Source: Octopus vulgaris
Taxonomy: Eukaryota
NCBI GenBank assembly: GCA_951406725.2
Contig: OX597817.1
Coordinates: 162,192,001-162,256,000, forward strand
Reading direction: 5' to 3'
Length of the DNA: 64,000 nucleotides
The notes beneath the pieces were generated by a model. The model ran no database searches. It had not been told where the DNA came from and worked only from the letters and a program-made list of their open reading frames with translations. Each line of letters begins with the position of its first letter. Position 1 is the stretch's first letter. Below, in pieces: positions 13,817 through 29,529 of this stretch. The position numbers and the translations under genes were made by a program.

Positions 13817-14275
13817 CGACAAATATTGTAGACAGATAGGCGTGCGATATACACTAGTAACGATAAACTATTCCAAATTTATCAAATCAAAATTAACGAA
13901 AATCAAATCCCGCTTTTCTTGTTAGTCGAACAATCGGTTTCTTAGTTCAATTTCTATCATGTAGCGCGCTATTAATTTCTTGCGGTTGAAATGTTAACAT
14001 GCTTTTGCCGAGCTAGCAGAAACGTTAACATGCTGGACAAAATGTTTAGCAGCATTTTCTTTACGTTCTGAGTTCAAATTCCAACGAGGCCGACTTTGCC
14101 TTTCATCCTTTCGAGATCGATATAGGTAGCAGCCGAGCACTGAGATCAATGCAATCGACTAGTCCCCCCCCCTTGCCATAGATTTCACGCCTTGTGCAAT
14201 ACAGTGGAGAGAATTAATATTTTGTTAAAATCTTCGTTGTTTATGTTATACACGCGTGTTGTGGATGTGACTTAC

Positions 14276-14647
14276 TGGAGGCGTAATGGCCCAGTGGTTA
14301 GAGCAGCGGACTGGCGGTCGTTGGATCACGGTTTCGATTCCCAGACCGGGCGTTGTGAGTGTTTATTGAGCGAAAACATTTAAAACTCCACGAAGCTCCG
14401 ACAGTGGGTGGTGGTGAACTCTGCTTTCACCACAACTTTCTTTCACTCTTTCTTCCTCTTTCTGTTGTACCTGTTTTTCGAAGGGTCAGCCTTGTCACAC
14501 TCTGTCAAGCTGAATATCCCCGAGAACTGCATTAAGGGTACACGTGTCTGTGGAGTGCTCAGCCACTTGCACGTTAATTTCACGAGTAGGCTGTTCTGTT
14601 GATCGGATCAACTGGAATCCTCGTCGTCGCAACCGACGGAGTGCCAC
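14276..14647 (+). mobile_element. SINE group C, full length
   Basis: tRNA-like head through ..cgtcgtcgcaaccgacggagtgcc end. Confidence 0.9.
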
Positions 14648-15765
14648 TTGGATATCACTTAGGCCCTGGCAATACTTCAATCGCAATCCAGCCGTGACTA
14701 CTGCGTCGTCAACCTAGGCACAGTGAACATGAGACCATGTCGCGGCCTCATTTTTAATGTGAAAGTGTTGTGGCCTACGTGTATTTGCAGAGAACTGTAC
14801 ATGCAGTTTAGCATGTGTGGGTTTGCGCGTGAGAGAGTGTGAATGCGTGTGTGCGTGCGTGTGTGTATAAATAGATAGACAGATAGATTAAAATGGAAAT
14901 GGCGTACGAAGTACCTCGCTGATTTTGTTCCGTCATAGCATTGGGGGTGGGGAATGCTTATTTCTCTGCAAAATTTAATCTAAAGTAAGCATTTTTCAGA
15001 AATCTACGATGAAATAAAGTCGTGGAGCATCAGACTGCAGCTATGCCAAATCAAATCGGGCAAGTATCGCAAGACACTTGTATTCTACCGATTCTGCCAT
15101 ATCAGAATCAAACAGTCGTTTATAACAGGTATAAAGTCAGAAATTAAATGGGGAAGGGATATTCGATTATAATTGGCTCAATGTTTGACTGATACTTTAT
15201 ATTATCGACCTTGGAAGCATGAAAAAGTGAAGTTGACTTCAGTGGGGTTTGAACTCGGAATGTAAAGAACTGGAACATTTACAAGTCACTGTCCCTAACA
15301 ACGATCGGAGAGTACCGTCCATTTAATTCGACGGCTAAGATAGTATATTTTAGCGATATAAAAACTACAGTTATTACATTTCAAGCTTTTTGTTTGGTCA
15401 GCACATTTCCACACATGAAAAAAAAAAAAGGTTTATTAAAAGGGATACAAGGAGTCGTTCAGACCATTATTTTATTTTATTATTTTTTTTTTTGTATTGC
15501 TTCTGCATTTCTCTAACAAAATGATACAAACATTCCTCGCATATCTCTTCACACACACACACGCAGTCTCTCTCGCACTCTATGTATATATACATACATA
15601 TTTATACATACAAACTTAGTTTGATTTGAAAACCCCACTAGAATGGGAGAAAGCGTTAATGATCTAAGTGATATGATATATATATAAAAAATGTAATATA
15701 CAAATAAATATCTGTAAATATAAACCATTCGATCTTCTGAGTACCTCATTTCTTCTAATACATAC

Positions 15766-15922
<157 letters not shown>

Positions 15923-16094
15923 TATATATGAGAGAGAGAGAGAGACCTATATATATTTAAAGTTTGATTCGGGCCCCTTGCAATTTAGTTTCGTAGACTC
16001 GGCGCACGAACCTAGCCCGTTGCATGGGGACCAAATGAAATTCCTACCAAACGTGTTGAGTGCCCCTTTTTTTCGTTTGTCCACCCACTCGCGC

Positions 16095-16129
<35 letters not shown>

Positions 16130-16325
16130 CGGGTGTCTGTGTTGTATGTTCCTTTGTCTCTTTTTAATTTGCAATAAAATATGACCGGCCATCTGCATGA
16201 TAGCAGTTGCGAAGAAAAGCACCTTGTTTTGTTCATCATCCTTAGGAAGATTTTTATAGTCCCAGATCACTTACGTATAATGAATGCATTTCGTTTCTAA
16301 TATCACAGACCAGTAATTTGATATA

Positions 16326-16556
16326 TATTTATTTACTATCCACAAGGGGCTAAACACAGAGGGGGACAAACAAGGACAGACAAAGGGATTAAGTCGATCA
16401 CATCGACTCCAGTGCGTAACTGGTACTTAATTTATCGACCCTGAAAGGATGAAAGGCAAAGTCGACCTCGGCGGAATTTGAACTCGGAACATAACGACAG
16501 ACGAAATACGGCGACGCATTTCGCCCGGCATGCTAACGTTTCTGCCAACTCGCCGC
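16326..16556 (-). mobile_element. SINE group B young, with 22-bp TSD
   Basis: TSD cacagaccagtaatttgatata at 16304-16325 and 16557-16578. Confidence 0.92.
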
Positions 16557-16804
16557 CACAGACCAGTAATTTGATATAATGTATGTACCTGTTTTCGTCC
16601 CTCTGCTCACCGTCATAAAATTCACCGCAGTTTAGGCACTGAAGACCACTGGTTTCTTTCAGACACAAAATAAGAATGAATGAATGAAAGATCGGCTAAA
16701 GTACTGGTACATTATCTATATACTCCGAAAGGATGAAAAAACAAGTTAATGTCCACAGTATTTGAACTTATAGCGCAGATTGCCATACCAAATTGCGCTA
16801 CACT

Positions 16805-17036
16805 ACCTATTTCTTTACTGCCCACAAGGGGCTACACATAGAGGGGACAAACAAGGACAGACAAACGGATTAAGTCGACTACATCGACCCCAGTGCATAA
16901 CTGGTACTTATTTAATCGACCCCGAAAGGTTGAAAGGTAAAGTCGACCTCGGCGGAATTTGAACTCAGAACGTAACGGCAGACGAAATACCGCTAAGCAT
17001 TTCGCCCGACGTGCTAACGATTCTGCCAACTCGCCT
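16805..17036 (-). mobile_element. SINE group B young
   Basis: Family match; 3' junction gaaata|ggta. Confidence 0.9.
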
Positions 17037-17846
17037 ACCATCAAGTCATTGCTTTCGCATGTTACCACAAAGTTTGGCGCTCCGCCCCAGTTAACTACCT
17101 TAATAATAATATCCATGGTGATGATTTTTGAATCGGGTCTAAAGTCACAAATCGGGTGGCAAACATGGGGAGAAAAGGGAAACGAAGTTGGGTGAGAATG
17201 GCAATTTTTTTTTTTTAATAATTTTTGGAAAAAAAAAACAAAACTTTCAGAATCGTAATTTTCGTTGTACAAAACACAGAAACACTTCAAAATGAATGGG
17301 GAAAAGGGAAGAAAAAAAATACTCCATCCAAGTTCGGACCCGTTTCCTTGCTCAAGATGCAGTGATAGCTATTCCAAAACTCCGCTAGATTGAAAGTTAG
17401 TCACTTTACGCTTTTTGGACAAACATGTAGCATAAAACGAAATCTTCAAAAAAGTTTGTAACTCGATAGAGAGTAAAAAAAAGGGGGGGGGGGAGCGGTG
17501 GTCATTAACGAGAATTGTATGATAGGAGTTGGTTTTGTTTCATCCCTCCGATGTAGCAATGACGCATTTTCAATTGATTTAAGTTTTATAAACAAATTAT
17601 AAATGCATACTTATTTATAGATAGATAGATAGACAGATTAGATAGATAGATAGATAGATAGATAAGCGTTACAAACGTGTATATAAACTACATATACGCG
17701 TACGAATATATTAACTTACATATAGGATGTATATACCTATAATCAATATATTAGCTATAAACATATGTATATCAGCAAACACACACACACACACATTGGC
17801 CAAGCTGCTTGATAAAAAACGTTTTTCACATACAAGAGCATCAATA

Positions 17847-18520
17847 GGCGCATGTGTGGCTGTGTGATTAAGAAGTTGCTTCCCGACCACATGGTTTTGG
17901 GTTCAGTCCCACTGCAAGCCACCTTAGGCAAATATCTTTTATTATAGCCTCGGACCGACAAATGCCTTGTAAGTGGATTTCGTAGACACACTGAAAGGAG
18001 CGCGTAACATATATATATAATAATAATATATATAATAATAATAATTTCTTACGTAACCAGAAGATGGATTTGGTAATAATCTTTATTTTGTACAATGGTC
18101 GTTTTCGACCCATCCTGCTATTGTCCCTTATGGTTGGGACTCCGTTCAACATACGTTGCATCCATTTTGTGGTCTGGGTCTCATCAGATACATCCATGCA
18201 TTAAGTTGTGTCTAAACACTTCAGCACACTAATCGACATATATCCATTAGTCCAAAATATCAAATATGTGTGTGAGAGAGAGAGAGAAAGAAAGAGAGGG
18301 AGGGAGAGAGAGTGTGTGTGTTTGTGTTTGTCCCTCACCTCGCTTGACAACTGGTGTTGGTGTGTTTATGACCCTGTTATCTAGCGGTCCGGCAATGACA
18401 CTGATAGAATAAGTACCAGGCTTTAGAAAAAAAATTCTGAGGTCGATTTGTTCGACTAAAACTCAAGGTGGTGCCCCAGCATGGCTGCAGTCTAATGACT
18501 GAAACAAATAAAAGATAACC
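17847..18520 (+). mobile_element. Older SINE group A copy, internal microsatellite interrupted by an HHR-bearing insert (~18046-18240)
   Basis: Head 17847-18005, tail ~18320-18520. Confidence 0.75.
18089..18192 (-). ncRNA. Hammerhead ribozyme with large structured loop II
   Basis: tgtat-CTGATGA-gaccca...tgggtc-GAAA-acgacca-TT-gtaca; 6-bp perfect stem II; internal hairpins gtccc/gggac and caac/gttg; stem III imperfect. Confidence 0.6.
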
Positions 18521-18685
18521 GAAATACAAAATTTTAGAATTATAGATAGGGAAATACACACACACACACAAATATATACACAATATAGTATAACATTTAT
18601 AGGTTTCCTTCGTCCCTAGATCTCTACAGTATAGGGTATTGGGAAAACTGCACCAAAACAATTTTGGGAGAGATGCACATACTCT

Positions 18686-19078
18686 CAGGAGTGGCTGTGT
18701 GGTAAGTAGCTTGCTTACCAACTACATGGCTCCGGGTTCAGTCCCACTGCGTGGCACCTTGGGCAAGTGTCTTCTACTATAGCCTCGGGCCGACCAGAGC
18801 CTTGTGAGTGGATTTGGTAGACGGAAACTGAAAGAAGCCTGTCGTATATATGTATATGTATATATATATATGTGTGTGTGTGTCTGTTTGTCCCCCCCAA
18901 CATCGCTTGACAACCGATGCTGGTGTGTTTATGTCCCCCGTAACTTTGCGGTTCGGCATAAGACACCGATAAGAATAAGTACTAGGCTTCCAAAGAATAA
19001 GTCCTGGGGTCGATTTGCTCGACTAAAGGCGGTGCTCCAGCATGGCCGCAGTCAAATGACTGAAACAAATAAAAGAGT
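18686..19078 (+). mobile_element. SINE group A
   Basis: Full-length family match. Confidence 0.9.
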
Positions 19079-20629
19079 ATACTAGCTATGAGAGCCGCAT
19101 GCGGCTCATCAAGTAGTTTGGACTCGTTGATATCAAACCACACACATAAACATATAACACCAAACACACACACACACACACACAGCCGATACTGGATCTC
19201 TAAATTCCAAAATAAGCGGATAAATTTGTATTTAAACTTTCACTGGTATAAAACCGCTGCCCCTGATTCCTATCGAATAGCAGTTAGTATGAAGGATTTC
19301 CACTGTTGTTGGTCTTGGCAGGAAGACGTTTAAAGCAATGTCATACCCATATATATATATATATACATCTATGTCCATCCAGTCGGTTGGCACCGCAGCA
19401 GAGACATGAAGTCTGTGTAGAATTTCCGACATCAAACTAAGAGCAGCTTGCAACCAAACTCATATCACTACGACTGAAAACCTACCTCTCACTGCTACTG
19501 ACTCTTTGCTTTTACCACTGCATCCCCCACTACAAATGTTCTCGCCGCCGTCAATCACTAAGTCTCACCCTCACTCTCTTTGTCTCTATCTCTCCCTCTC
19601 TACTGCTGCAACCAACTGCGACCGCCACCACTATCATAGAATGAGCGTCGTCTATAACTGTTCCATTACTTTATCTCTCTCTATTTAACAACTGCTGCTG
19701 CTGATACTACTACTACTACTACTACCACTACTACTACTACCACTACTACTGCTGCTGTCACTGCTGCGGCTGCTGCTACCACGGCGACGATGACGACCGA
19801 AGCCACGACCACGACCACGACCCTGCCGGCGGCCACCAACAGCATTACCACCACCACCACCACCACCATTACCGTCATCACCATAACCTCCGCCACTATT
19901 ACCGGCATTCCCGTCACCATAATGATTTCTTTATTCCCCCCCGCCACAAGGGCAACTTAAATACAAAACGTTAGTACAATAACATAAGACAAGCTGCGTA
20001 ACGATAGCTTAACATAACTATCCTCTCTCACTCTTTCTTTTTTCTTTCCTCTCCACTCTCTCTTTCTTTCTCTCTTATCTCCCCCTCTTTTCTCTCTATG
20101 CCTTTCGCTTTCACCCCCGTCTCTACGCTTTTCTCTCTCTCTCTCTCTCTCTTTTCTCTACTTCCTCCACCATAATCACCACCACGTAACATCACAAATG
20201 CACCCAATTCTCATACCGCGATTTTACTTGATTGTTCGACCTGCTAGAAATAGCACCCAAATCTCCACCACATCACGCCCAGCCATCTTTAAAATAGGAC
20301 ACGTTGATTGATGTTGTCCTACAAAATTCCTAAATATACGAGTTAGAATGCCGTTTATCATCGAAATACTCAATCATGGTTGACTTAGGGCTAAACAATA
20401 ATAGCTGTAAGTCTCTCCCGGTTTCAATCTGCTTTACCCGCTCTCAATCTTTCTCTGTCCTGCAATGTAAGACAAGGGTCGATAGTTTCGTGTATGGCAT
20501 TTGACCTGTTCTGTTTGGTTGAACAAACGTACATATGTGCGCACACGCACACAGAATAAATAGATAGATAGATAGATAGATAGATACATATGTGTGTACA
20601 TATATTTACATATATATATATATATATAT

Positions 20630-20715
<86 letters not shown>

Positions 20716-21178
20716 TTCATACACACACACATGCGCACATCCTCATCCTGTCTTTTCTGCAGTAATGACCAGGAAAAATACCTTGGATGACCTGCCGCAT
20801 GAAAACTTAACAGTAAATTCGGCACTAACATACTTAACGTAGTTAACAAGAATATTTTATAAATGAATATTTACAACATATTGCCGGGAGCAATTACTGA
20901 AAAATAAAATATAAAATGCACAATAATTCTGGTAAAGAAAAAAGGCAAGGGGAGACAACTTGGAAATTTTTTATTAAAGAAACACATGGAAGGATTTGGG
21001 GAATGAAACTAACCTTTAGCTGTTTAATGACAATGAGATACCGGGGCTGAAGTCTGCTCCGACATCTCATCAGTTATTAAGACAAACCTTGCCTATTAAA
21101 GAGCTTCCTATAATTATGACTGACTGGAAAATGCCTATCTATAAGGGATAAGAAATATCTACCTATATTAAAAGTCAC

Positions 21179-21394
21179 TTAAGAGGAGTAAGGTGGTGTG
21201 AACCAGATAATTTTCCTTTTCTTATTTTTCCTTTTCTTTGTTTCTGGACTAATAACAGGTGTATAGGTTATTTCCTCGTTAAAACCACTATCTTTTAGAG
21301 CTTTATTATATATTGGGGCAACACTATTAAAAATGTTTACATCGGAGAAGAGGCTAGAAATACTCTTGCTAATGTTTGTAATTTTAGTATTCAT
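21179..21394 (-). pseudogene. Penelope-like element RT thumb fragment (Naiad-like)
   Basis: ISSLFSDVNIFNSVAPIYNKALKDSGFNEEITY..KRKIIWFTPPYSS matches the SS...F...Y..AL..SG...RKR.IIWFNPP.S motif of PLE ORFs. Confidence 0.75.
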
Positions 21395-22016
21395 GTTTGT
21401 CTCTAACCACCGCTTGGCAGCCAGTGTTGGTTTGTTTACGTTTCCGTCATCTAGCAGATCGGCAAAAAAAAGCTGATAGAATAAGCATCTATTATCCTGT
21501 TTAAAAGTACCGGAGTTGATTCGCTCGACAAAAACACTTCAAGGCGGTGCCCCAGCATGGCCGTAGTCCAATGACTGAAACAAGCGAAGAAAAACTTAGT
21601 TCATAGAAGCATGCTGCTTAATATATACATATACAATAGAAAGCATGTATACGTAATATAATGAACTAAAGAAACTTGGATTAGCTGAGACGATCCATGT
21701 TTATAGTAGAAAGAAAACCCTTCTGAGTATGATTAAAATCTACAAATTGACAAACGAGGGGAAATAACTCCAATAAGATCAGCTAACCGTAATTTTTGTT
21801 AAAATAAAGGCAATGCAGATGCAAGTAAAGAATTTGTTTTTAAAGCCAAATAAGTATATGTTTCGGGATTATTAAACTTTCTCAATGATGCAAAGATGGG
21901 GGTGGGGATACCAAGGATGTACGCTGCATGAAATGTTAATACCAAATTTGGTGCTCTCTCTATATATATATGTGTGTGTGTGTGTGTATTTATATTACAT
22001 ATAAACTTATCCCAAG

Positions 22017-22720
<704 letters not shown>

Positions 22721-22896
22721 AAAAATAAAATTAAGACCAGAGTCTCTCCTCGCTGCATTCTCTATCTTTTACTTGTTTCAGCTCCCTCCAAAAACAGACA
22801 CAAAGACGCTGATACATACATACATACATACATACATACATACATGCACACACATACATACTTATTTATGTATATATAATATAATATGCATGTATT

Positions 22897-23208
<312 letters not shown>

Positions 23209-24083
23209 TGTTTCTTTATTAGCCACACAGGGCTGCACACAGATAGAACAAATTACAAGGTAGAGCTTTTCTTTTGAAGGTTTAAGAAAAAAAAAAAAAA
23301 AAAAAAAAGGAAGGGGGAGTTTCGATCAAAAGGGATCGTAAAAGGAGAGAAAGAGGACAAAAAAAGGGGGGAGGAAAAAAAAGGGGGGAGGAAAAAAAAT
23401 TGATCAATAGGGATCGTTATCACAGAAATGTCAATATGAAGTGTAAAGGGGAGGACAGGTGAGGTTTACCCGTGCAAAGAAAAGCCTACGGAAAAGACCA
23501 CGGTAACCTCGGTCAATGATGTCACATTTTATATTTCTTTTTTTTTTTTTGCAAATAAGCAACTCTCTGTTTTCGATTTCTGGGTTCATAGGACTATGCT
23601 CAAGGTGGCTTCGTCATTCATACGTGCCATTCTTGCTACATTCACCCATCTTTTTAAAACATTCGCTAGACAAAACTTGCCTCTCTACTCTCACTTTCCT
23701 TTTCAAGTGGTACTTGAAGAAGTTGATGAGAGATTGACCAGAGAGGAAAGTGTTTGTCTCCAATCCTTTCAGACGCGTCCACCAGATACATTCTTTCGCC
23801 ATAGCCACAAGGATGATGAAAATAGCTCTTCCTTCCCGTTTGAAGGAAGGAGGCGTGACAATATTGACGATAGACTCAGCTGATAAACCGACTCGTCCCA
23901 CACGTGACAGCAGTTGTTCGACATAAGCCCACAGGTCGGAAATTGTTGGACACTGAACGAGTGCGTGCAGAACGGTTTCGTCGCTCTGACCGCATCTCGG
24001 GCAGGTCGGCCCCGTGTTTCTCGAGCCGTGTCTGTAGAGCTTATCCCGAACGGGTAGCGCTTCTCGGTAGCACTGCCAGGCCA
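23209..24083 (-). mobile_element. 5'-truncated L1/Tx1-type LINE (ORF2 C-terminus + 3'UTR) inside (GATA)n
   Basis: [50 protein letters not shown] is a zf-RVT-type C-terminal domain; second copy at 45877. Confidence 0.88.
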
Positions 24084-24086
24084 GAC

Positions 24087-24157
<71 letters not shown>

Positions 24158-24189
24158 CAGAGACAGATAGATATATAGGTTGATTAATG

Positions 24190-24227
<38 letters not shown>

Positions 24228-24244
24228 CAGATAGACAGATAGAC

Positions 24245-24325
<81 letters not shown>

Positions 24326-26057
24326 TGACCAGCTTTTTTCAGTTTCCGTCAACTAAATCCAACCACGAGTATTTGTCGGCTCGGGGCTATAGTGGGAAAT
24401 ACTTATCGTAGGTTCAGCGCAGTGGGACTGAACCCAATACCACATGCTTGGGAAGCAAACTTCTCAAGCACACAGTCACGACTTATCTATTTAATTAATT
24501 TTTAATCAAAATGTTGTAGTTGTCTCCCCTGCCAATTTTGGCCAGAATTATTTTAGACTATACTCGTTCTCATTGCTAAGGATGTAAGTTTAACTAATCA
24601 AAATTTTTTAGCCTCCTTCATCAAGTATGCTAGCACCCACTTCGTTATTATTGCTACTACTACTACTACCACTACCATCAATATCTCCTACTCCCCCATT
24701 GCTTTGCAAATACTTACTACAACTTTCATTACGCTCAACACTGTCACCGTCTTCACCTCCACCACCATCATCCTAACTACTGTATATTACTACTGTGACT
24801 ACTACCACTGACTGCTGCTGATGCTGCTGCTGCTACAACTACTACAACTACTGCTGCTGCTGTTTCAACGGCTTTTAGTATTGTATTGGGTAGCTCGTAC
24901 GAGGGTCCGCTACGCAGTCCTTTAAACCTGTTAGAAGTAACAGCAATGTCTAGTAGTTCCGCATACAAGAATAAAGACTGGCTGGTCACAGCTGGATTGT
25001 CTTTGATCATAGGGCTCCACAATCGGGGGGTAAATAACATGTCTCGCTAAGTCTAGTCCGAGTCAACGGGGGGGGGGAGCCTTCTATGTGCTCGTTAGGC
25101 CTCCTAGAAATAGTAGCCAAATAACCCTCCAATTAAACCCTACGTTGTGAAAAGTATGGAACACATGGCATAAAGTAGTCCAAGATACGCAATGCTTGAG
25201 TGAAAGATGAGATGGCTATGACTGGAACGTATTTGATTAAAGATAGATCTGTTCGGTCAGGTCTAGGGTTAAACAACAACCCCTACTACAAGTACTACAA
25301 CCCAGGGTGGCACGTAGTGTTCGTACTATGTGCTAGAAATAGCAGCCAAATCACTACCAGCTGAGAAAAATGCAGGACACGTTAAACAGACCTTAACATC
25401 CAAAAAGACGGGATGGTCACGGCAAGATTGGAACACCCTTCATCATAGATCTGTTTGATGGTAAGACTCCATCTGCGGTTAGATAACAACCAGAAACTAG
25501 TACTTCTGTAAGCATGGTCTAGAGTCTTGCTAGAAATAACAGCCACATAACGTCTTATAAACAAACAACAAAAATCAGACGTCTTTGCCACAGTTGGAAC
25601 GGTGTTGGTTTTGAGTCTACTTTATCAGGCTTGACATGGGTGGGGGGACAACAGGAACTGCTACTACTACTACTACTACTAATTTTTCCTTTTTTTGTTT
25701 TTTTAAAAAAAAGGTTATTTGGTAGGATCGTTAGCAAAGCTCTAAAAATTTAGTTAAGATTCTTTACGTTTGTGAGTTCAAATCCCGCCGATGTTAGTTT
25801 TGCATTTTATCCCTCCGGCAGTGGTGTCGAGTCGATGATATAATTTAATCGGTTAATTACTGATTAATTAATTTAACCATTGACTGTTGCCCTCCCATAA
25901 CAAAATGTAAAAAAAAAAAAAAAAAAAAATTCGTGGCCTTGTGCTCGTTTTGGAATTGATTAGTTAAAAACTTAGTAAATATGTAAATAAATAAATAAAA
26001 GACGCTATTAGTACTAAAGTTGTTACTGCTTAGTGCCTAATTAGCATTTCCTCTATG

Positions 26058-26072
26058 ACCACTACCACCACC

Positions 26073-26113
<41 letters not shown>

Positions 26114-26141
26114 AACAACGACTACTACTATTACCACCACC

Positions 26142-26182
<41 letters not shown>

Positions 26183-26217
26183 AACAACGACTACTACTAT
26201 TACCACCACCACCACCA

Positions 26218-26254
<37 letters not shown>

Positions 26255-26282
26255 AACAACGACTACTACTATTACCACCACC

Positions 26283-26337
<55 letters not shown>

Positions 26338-26340
26338 TCA
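26058..26340. repeat. (ACT/ACC)n compound trinucleotide repeat with ~70-bp higher-order unit x3
   Basis: acaacaacgactactactattaccacc motif recurs three times. Confidence 0.9.
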
Positions 26341-26528
26341 CCACGATCATCGCCAATGTTACTTGTACTACCACCATCACCACCACTAAACAATTACTAG
26401 CACCCATATCACTGCTACTACTACTACTACAACTACTACTGCTGCTGCTGCTGCTACCGCTACTTCTCCCACCATCGCCACCAACAGCGTGCGACTATTT
26501 ATACTCCTGTCACTCCCATTAGACTAAT

Positions 26529-26592
<64 letters not shown>

Positions 26593-27289
26593 CCCGCCGC
26601 AACCATTGCTCCTGCTGCTGTCACTGCTGCTGCTGCCTGCTGCTGCTGCTGCTGCTATAGTTAACGTTATAGCTTACCTCTACCACCTTGGTTTCCACCA
26701 CCACCACCACCACTAACACACCATATGTACCACAATTCCCTTGTGTGCACTGCCACCACCCATACCTTCATCACCAACACAAGTAGCACCACCCCCCCAC
26801 CAGTACAACAACAACAACAACAACAACAACGATAGCTACTACTATCACTTCTACTACCATCACCGCCTTCGTCACCATCTCTCACCCACCGCCACTACCA
26901 CTACCACCACCACCACCACCACCACGACCGGCACACCCTCCACCACCTTCATTACCCCACTATTTCCACACTACAGCTGCTACTTTACCTAACACCATTA
27001 CCCCCCTACTCTACCCCCCACCCCATCAAGACTAACTAACAACGCCACCACCAACGCGCCAACGCGGGAGTTTTTTCCACGCGGTCGCTCGACTTTCTAG
27101 AAACAGCAGATAAATATTCGTCTAATTACATTCCACCGTCTTTAAATAGGGGCACACTTGATATTGATTGCAGTTCTAGGTTCTGTGTATATAAAGAAAA
27201 GACGTGACCGTCATGGCTGGAATACATTGGATCACGAGTCTGCTAAATCAGAGCCGAGTTGGAAGAACGAGAGCTACCAACACCACCAA

Positions 27290-27527
27290 TACCTATTTCT
27301 TTACTACCCACAAGGGGCTAAACACAGAGGGGACAAACAAGGACAAACAAACGGATTAACTCGATTACATCGACTCCAGTGCGTAACTGGTACTTATTTA
27401 ATCGACCCCGAAAGGATGAAAGGCAAAGTCGACCTCGGCGGAATTTGAACTCAGAACGTAACGGCAGACGAAATACGGCTATGCATTTCGCCCGGCGTGC
27501 TAACGATTCTGCCAGCTTGCCGCCTTA
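27290..27527 (-). mobile_element. SINE group B young
   Basis: Family match; abuts a 5'-truncated group A copy at 27530-27827(+). Confidence 0.88.
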
Positions 27528-28380
27528 ACACCGACCAAAGCCTTGTGAGTGGATTTGGTAGACGGAAACTGAAAGAAGCCTGTCGTATATATGTATATAT
27601 ACATATGTATGTATGTGTGTGTGTATATGTTTGTGTGTCTGTGTTTGTTCCCCCAACGTCTCTTGACAACCGATGCTGGTGTGTTTACGTTCCCGTAACT
27701 TAGCGGTTCAGCAAAAGAGACCGATAGAATAAGTACTAGGCTTACAAAGAATAAGTCCTGGGGTCGATTTGCTCGACTAAAGGCGGTGCCCCAGCATGGC
27801 CACAGTCAAATGACTGAAACAAGTAAAGTATGTCCAACTACATGGCAAAGAAAGAGAAATATTGATGCTATCTTATCTGGAGGGTAGTTCAAGCTCTTTA
27901 CGGTTTGAGCTAAAATCCCGACGGGGTCAACTTTGCCTTTTATCCTTTCGCTGTCGATAAAATAGATACCAATTGAACAGTGAGGTCGAAGTAGTCAACT
28001 GGCCCCTCCCTCAAGGTTATAGGTCTTTTGCCAACATTTGAAACTTTTAGGAAAGGAGTTCCGGCTCTTTACGTTTTGAGCTCAAATTCCGACGAGGTCA
28101 ACTTTGCCATTCATTCTTGAGGGGTCGATTAGAATAAAGCACTGATCAAATACTAGGGTAGACGCAATCGACCAGCCCCTTCTGAAAATTTTTTCCTTGT
28201 GCCTATTTTAGAACGAATTATCAGGAGGGGAGACAAATCCCGCAGTAACAAACATAACCTTGAGGCTCGATAAACCAACAACATCATCGTCATCAAGCCA
28301 ACGAAACGCTGTGTGAGCCTAGAGGCCCGATAAAATAAATAAGAGCTGGATCTGATGGTATCGATAAATCATCATTCTCA

Positions 28381-28801
28381 GGAGGCAAGCTGGCAGAAAC
28401 GTTAGCACGCCGGGCGAAATGCTTTGTGGTATTTCGTCCGCCACTGCGTTCTGAGTTCAAATTCCGCCGAGGTCGATAAATTAAGTACCAGTTACGCACT
28501 GGGGTCTATGTAATCGACTTAATCCGTTTGTCTATCCTTGTTTGTCCCCTCTATGTTTAGCCCCTTGTGGGTAGTAAAGAAATAAAAGACGTTAGCACGC
28601 CGGGTGAAATGCTTAGCAGTATTTCGTCTGCCGCTACGTTCTAAGTTCTAATTCCACCGACGTTGACTTTGCCTTTCATCCTTTCGGGGTCGATAAATTA
28701 AGTATCAGTTACGCACTGGGGTCGATATAATCGACTTAATCCGTTTTTCTGTCCTTGTTTGTTCCCTCTATGTTTAGCCCCTTGTGGGTAATAAAGAAAC
28801 A
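28381..28801 (+). mobile_element. SINE group B dimer with ~17-bp imperfect TSD
   Basis: gataaatcatcattctc / gataaattaccattctc flanks. Confidence 0.85.
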
Positions 28802-29074
28802 GATAAATTACCATTCTCTCAAAATTGTTGGCTTTGTGCTGAAAGCAGAAAGGATTAATAAGAGAGATGGGACAAAAAAATGTTCACTTTTTTTTTATCA
28901 GTTTGAAGACGACTGCTGTACGTTGTGAGTTCAAATCCTACTGTGGGTACCACTAGTTTTACATCTCTTGAGGTGTCGATAAAGTAAAATACTTGCTGAT
29001 TAGTTTTTGTATAGAGATTTTTCAAAAGTGAAAATTAAAAAATTGGGCAGACAAATTGCTATGGTTAATAATAT

Positions 29075-29455
29075 TGATTTCAAATTTTGGCACAAGGCCA
29101 TCAATTTCAAGGGAAGGGATAAGTCGATTACATTGACACTAGAGTTCAACTGGTACTTATTATGTCGACCCCGAAAAGATGAAAGGCAAAGTGGACCTCA
29201 GCGGAATTTTAACTCAGAACGTAGCGGCAGACGAAATACCTATTCCTTTACTACCCACAAAGGAGACAAACAAGGACAGACAAACGGATTAAGTCGATTA
29301 TATCGACTCCAGTGCGTAACTGGTACTTATTTAATCGACCCTGAAAGGATGAAAGGCAAAGTCGACCTCGGCGGAATTTGAACTCAGAACATAAAGACGG
29401 TGGAAAAACCGCTAAGCATTTTGCCTGGCTTGCTAACGATTCCGCCAACTTGCCA
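29075..29455 (-). mobile_element. Young SINE B joined to an old-tail SINE B at ggtatttcg
   Basis: Young tail at ~29241-29300 joins the old body and old tail (29075-29240). Confidence 0.8.
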
Positions 29456-29529
29456 TATTATCTATGGTTAATAATATCAAGACGGTTTAGAACTTGTTAA
29501 ACTAGTCCTAAATCATTTTCGCTTTATTT

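Noticed and set aside
15623-15665. ttgaaaa-cccca..tggga-gaaa-gcg-tt
   Set aside because: Core too degenerate to call as a ribozyme.
19232-19453. Possible hAT dimerisation-like peptide (IALNVFLPRPTT)
   Set aside because: Similarity too short; lacks the CERxFS motif.
21040-21076. CTGATGAG on the minus strand downstream of the PLE thumb fragment
   Set aside because: A stem can form but no GAAA follows; incomplete HHR at best.
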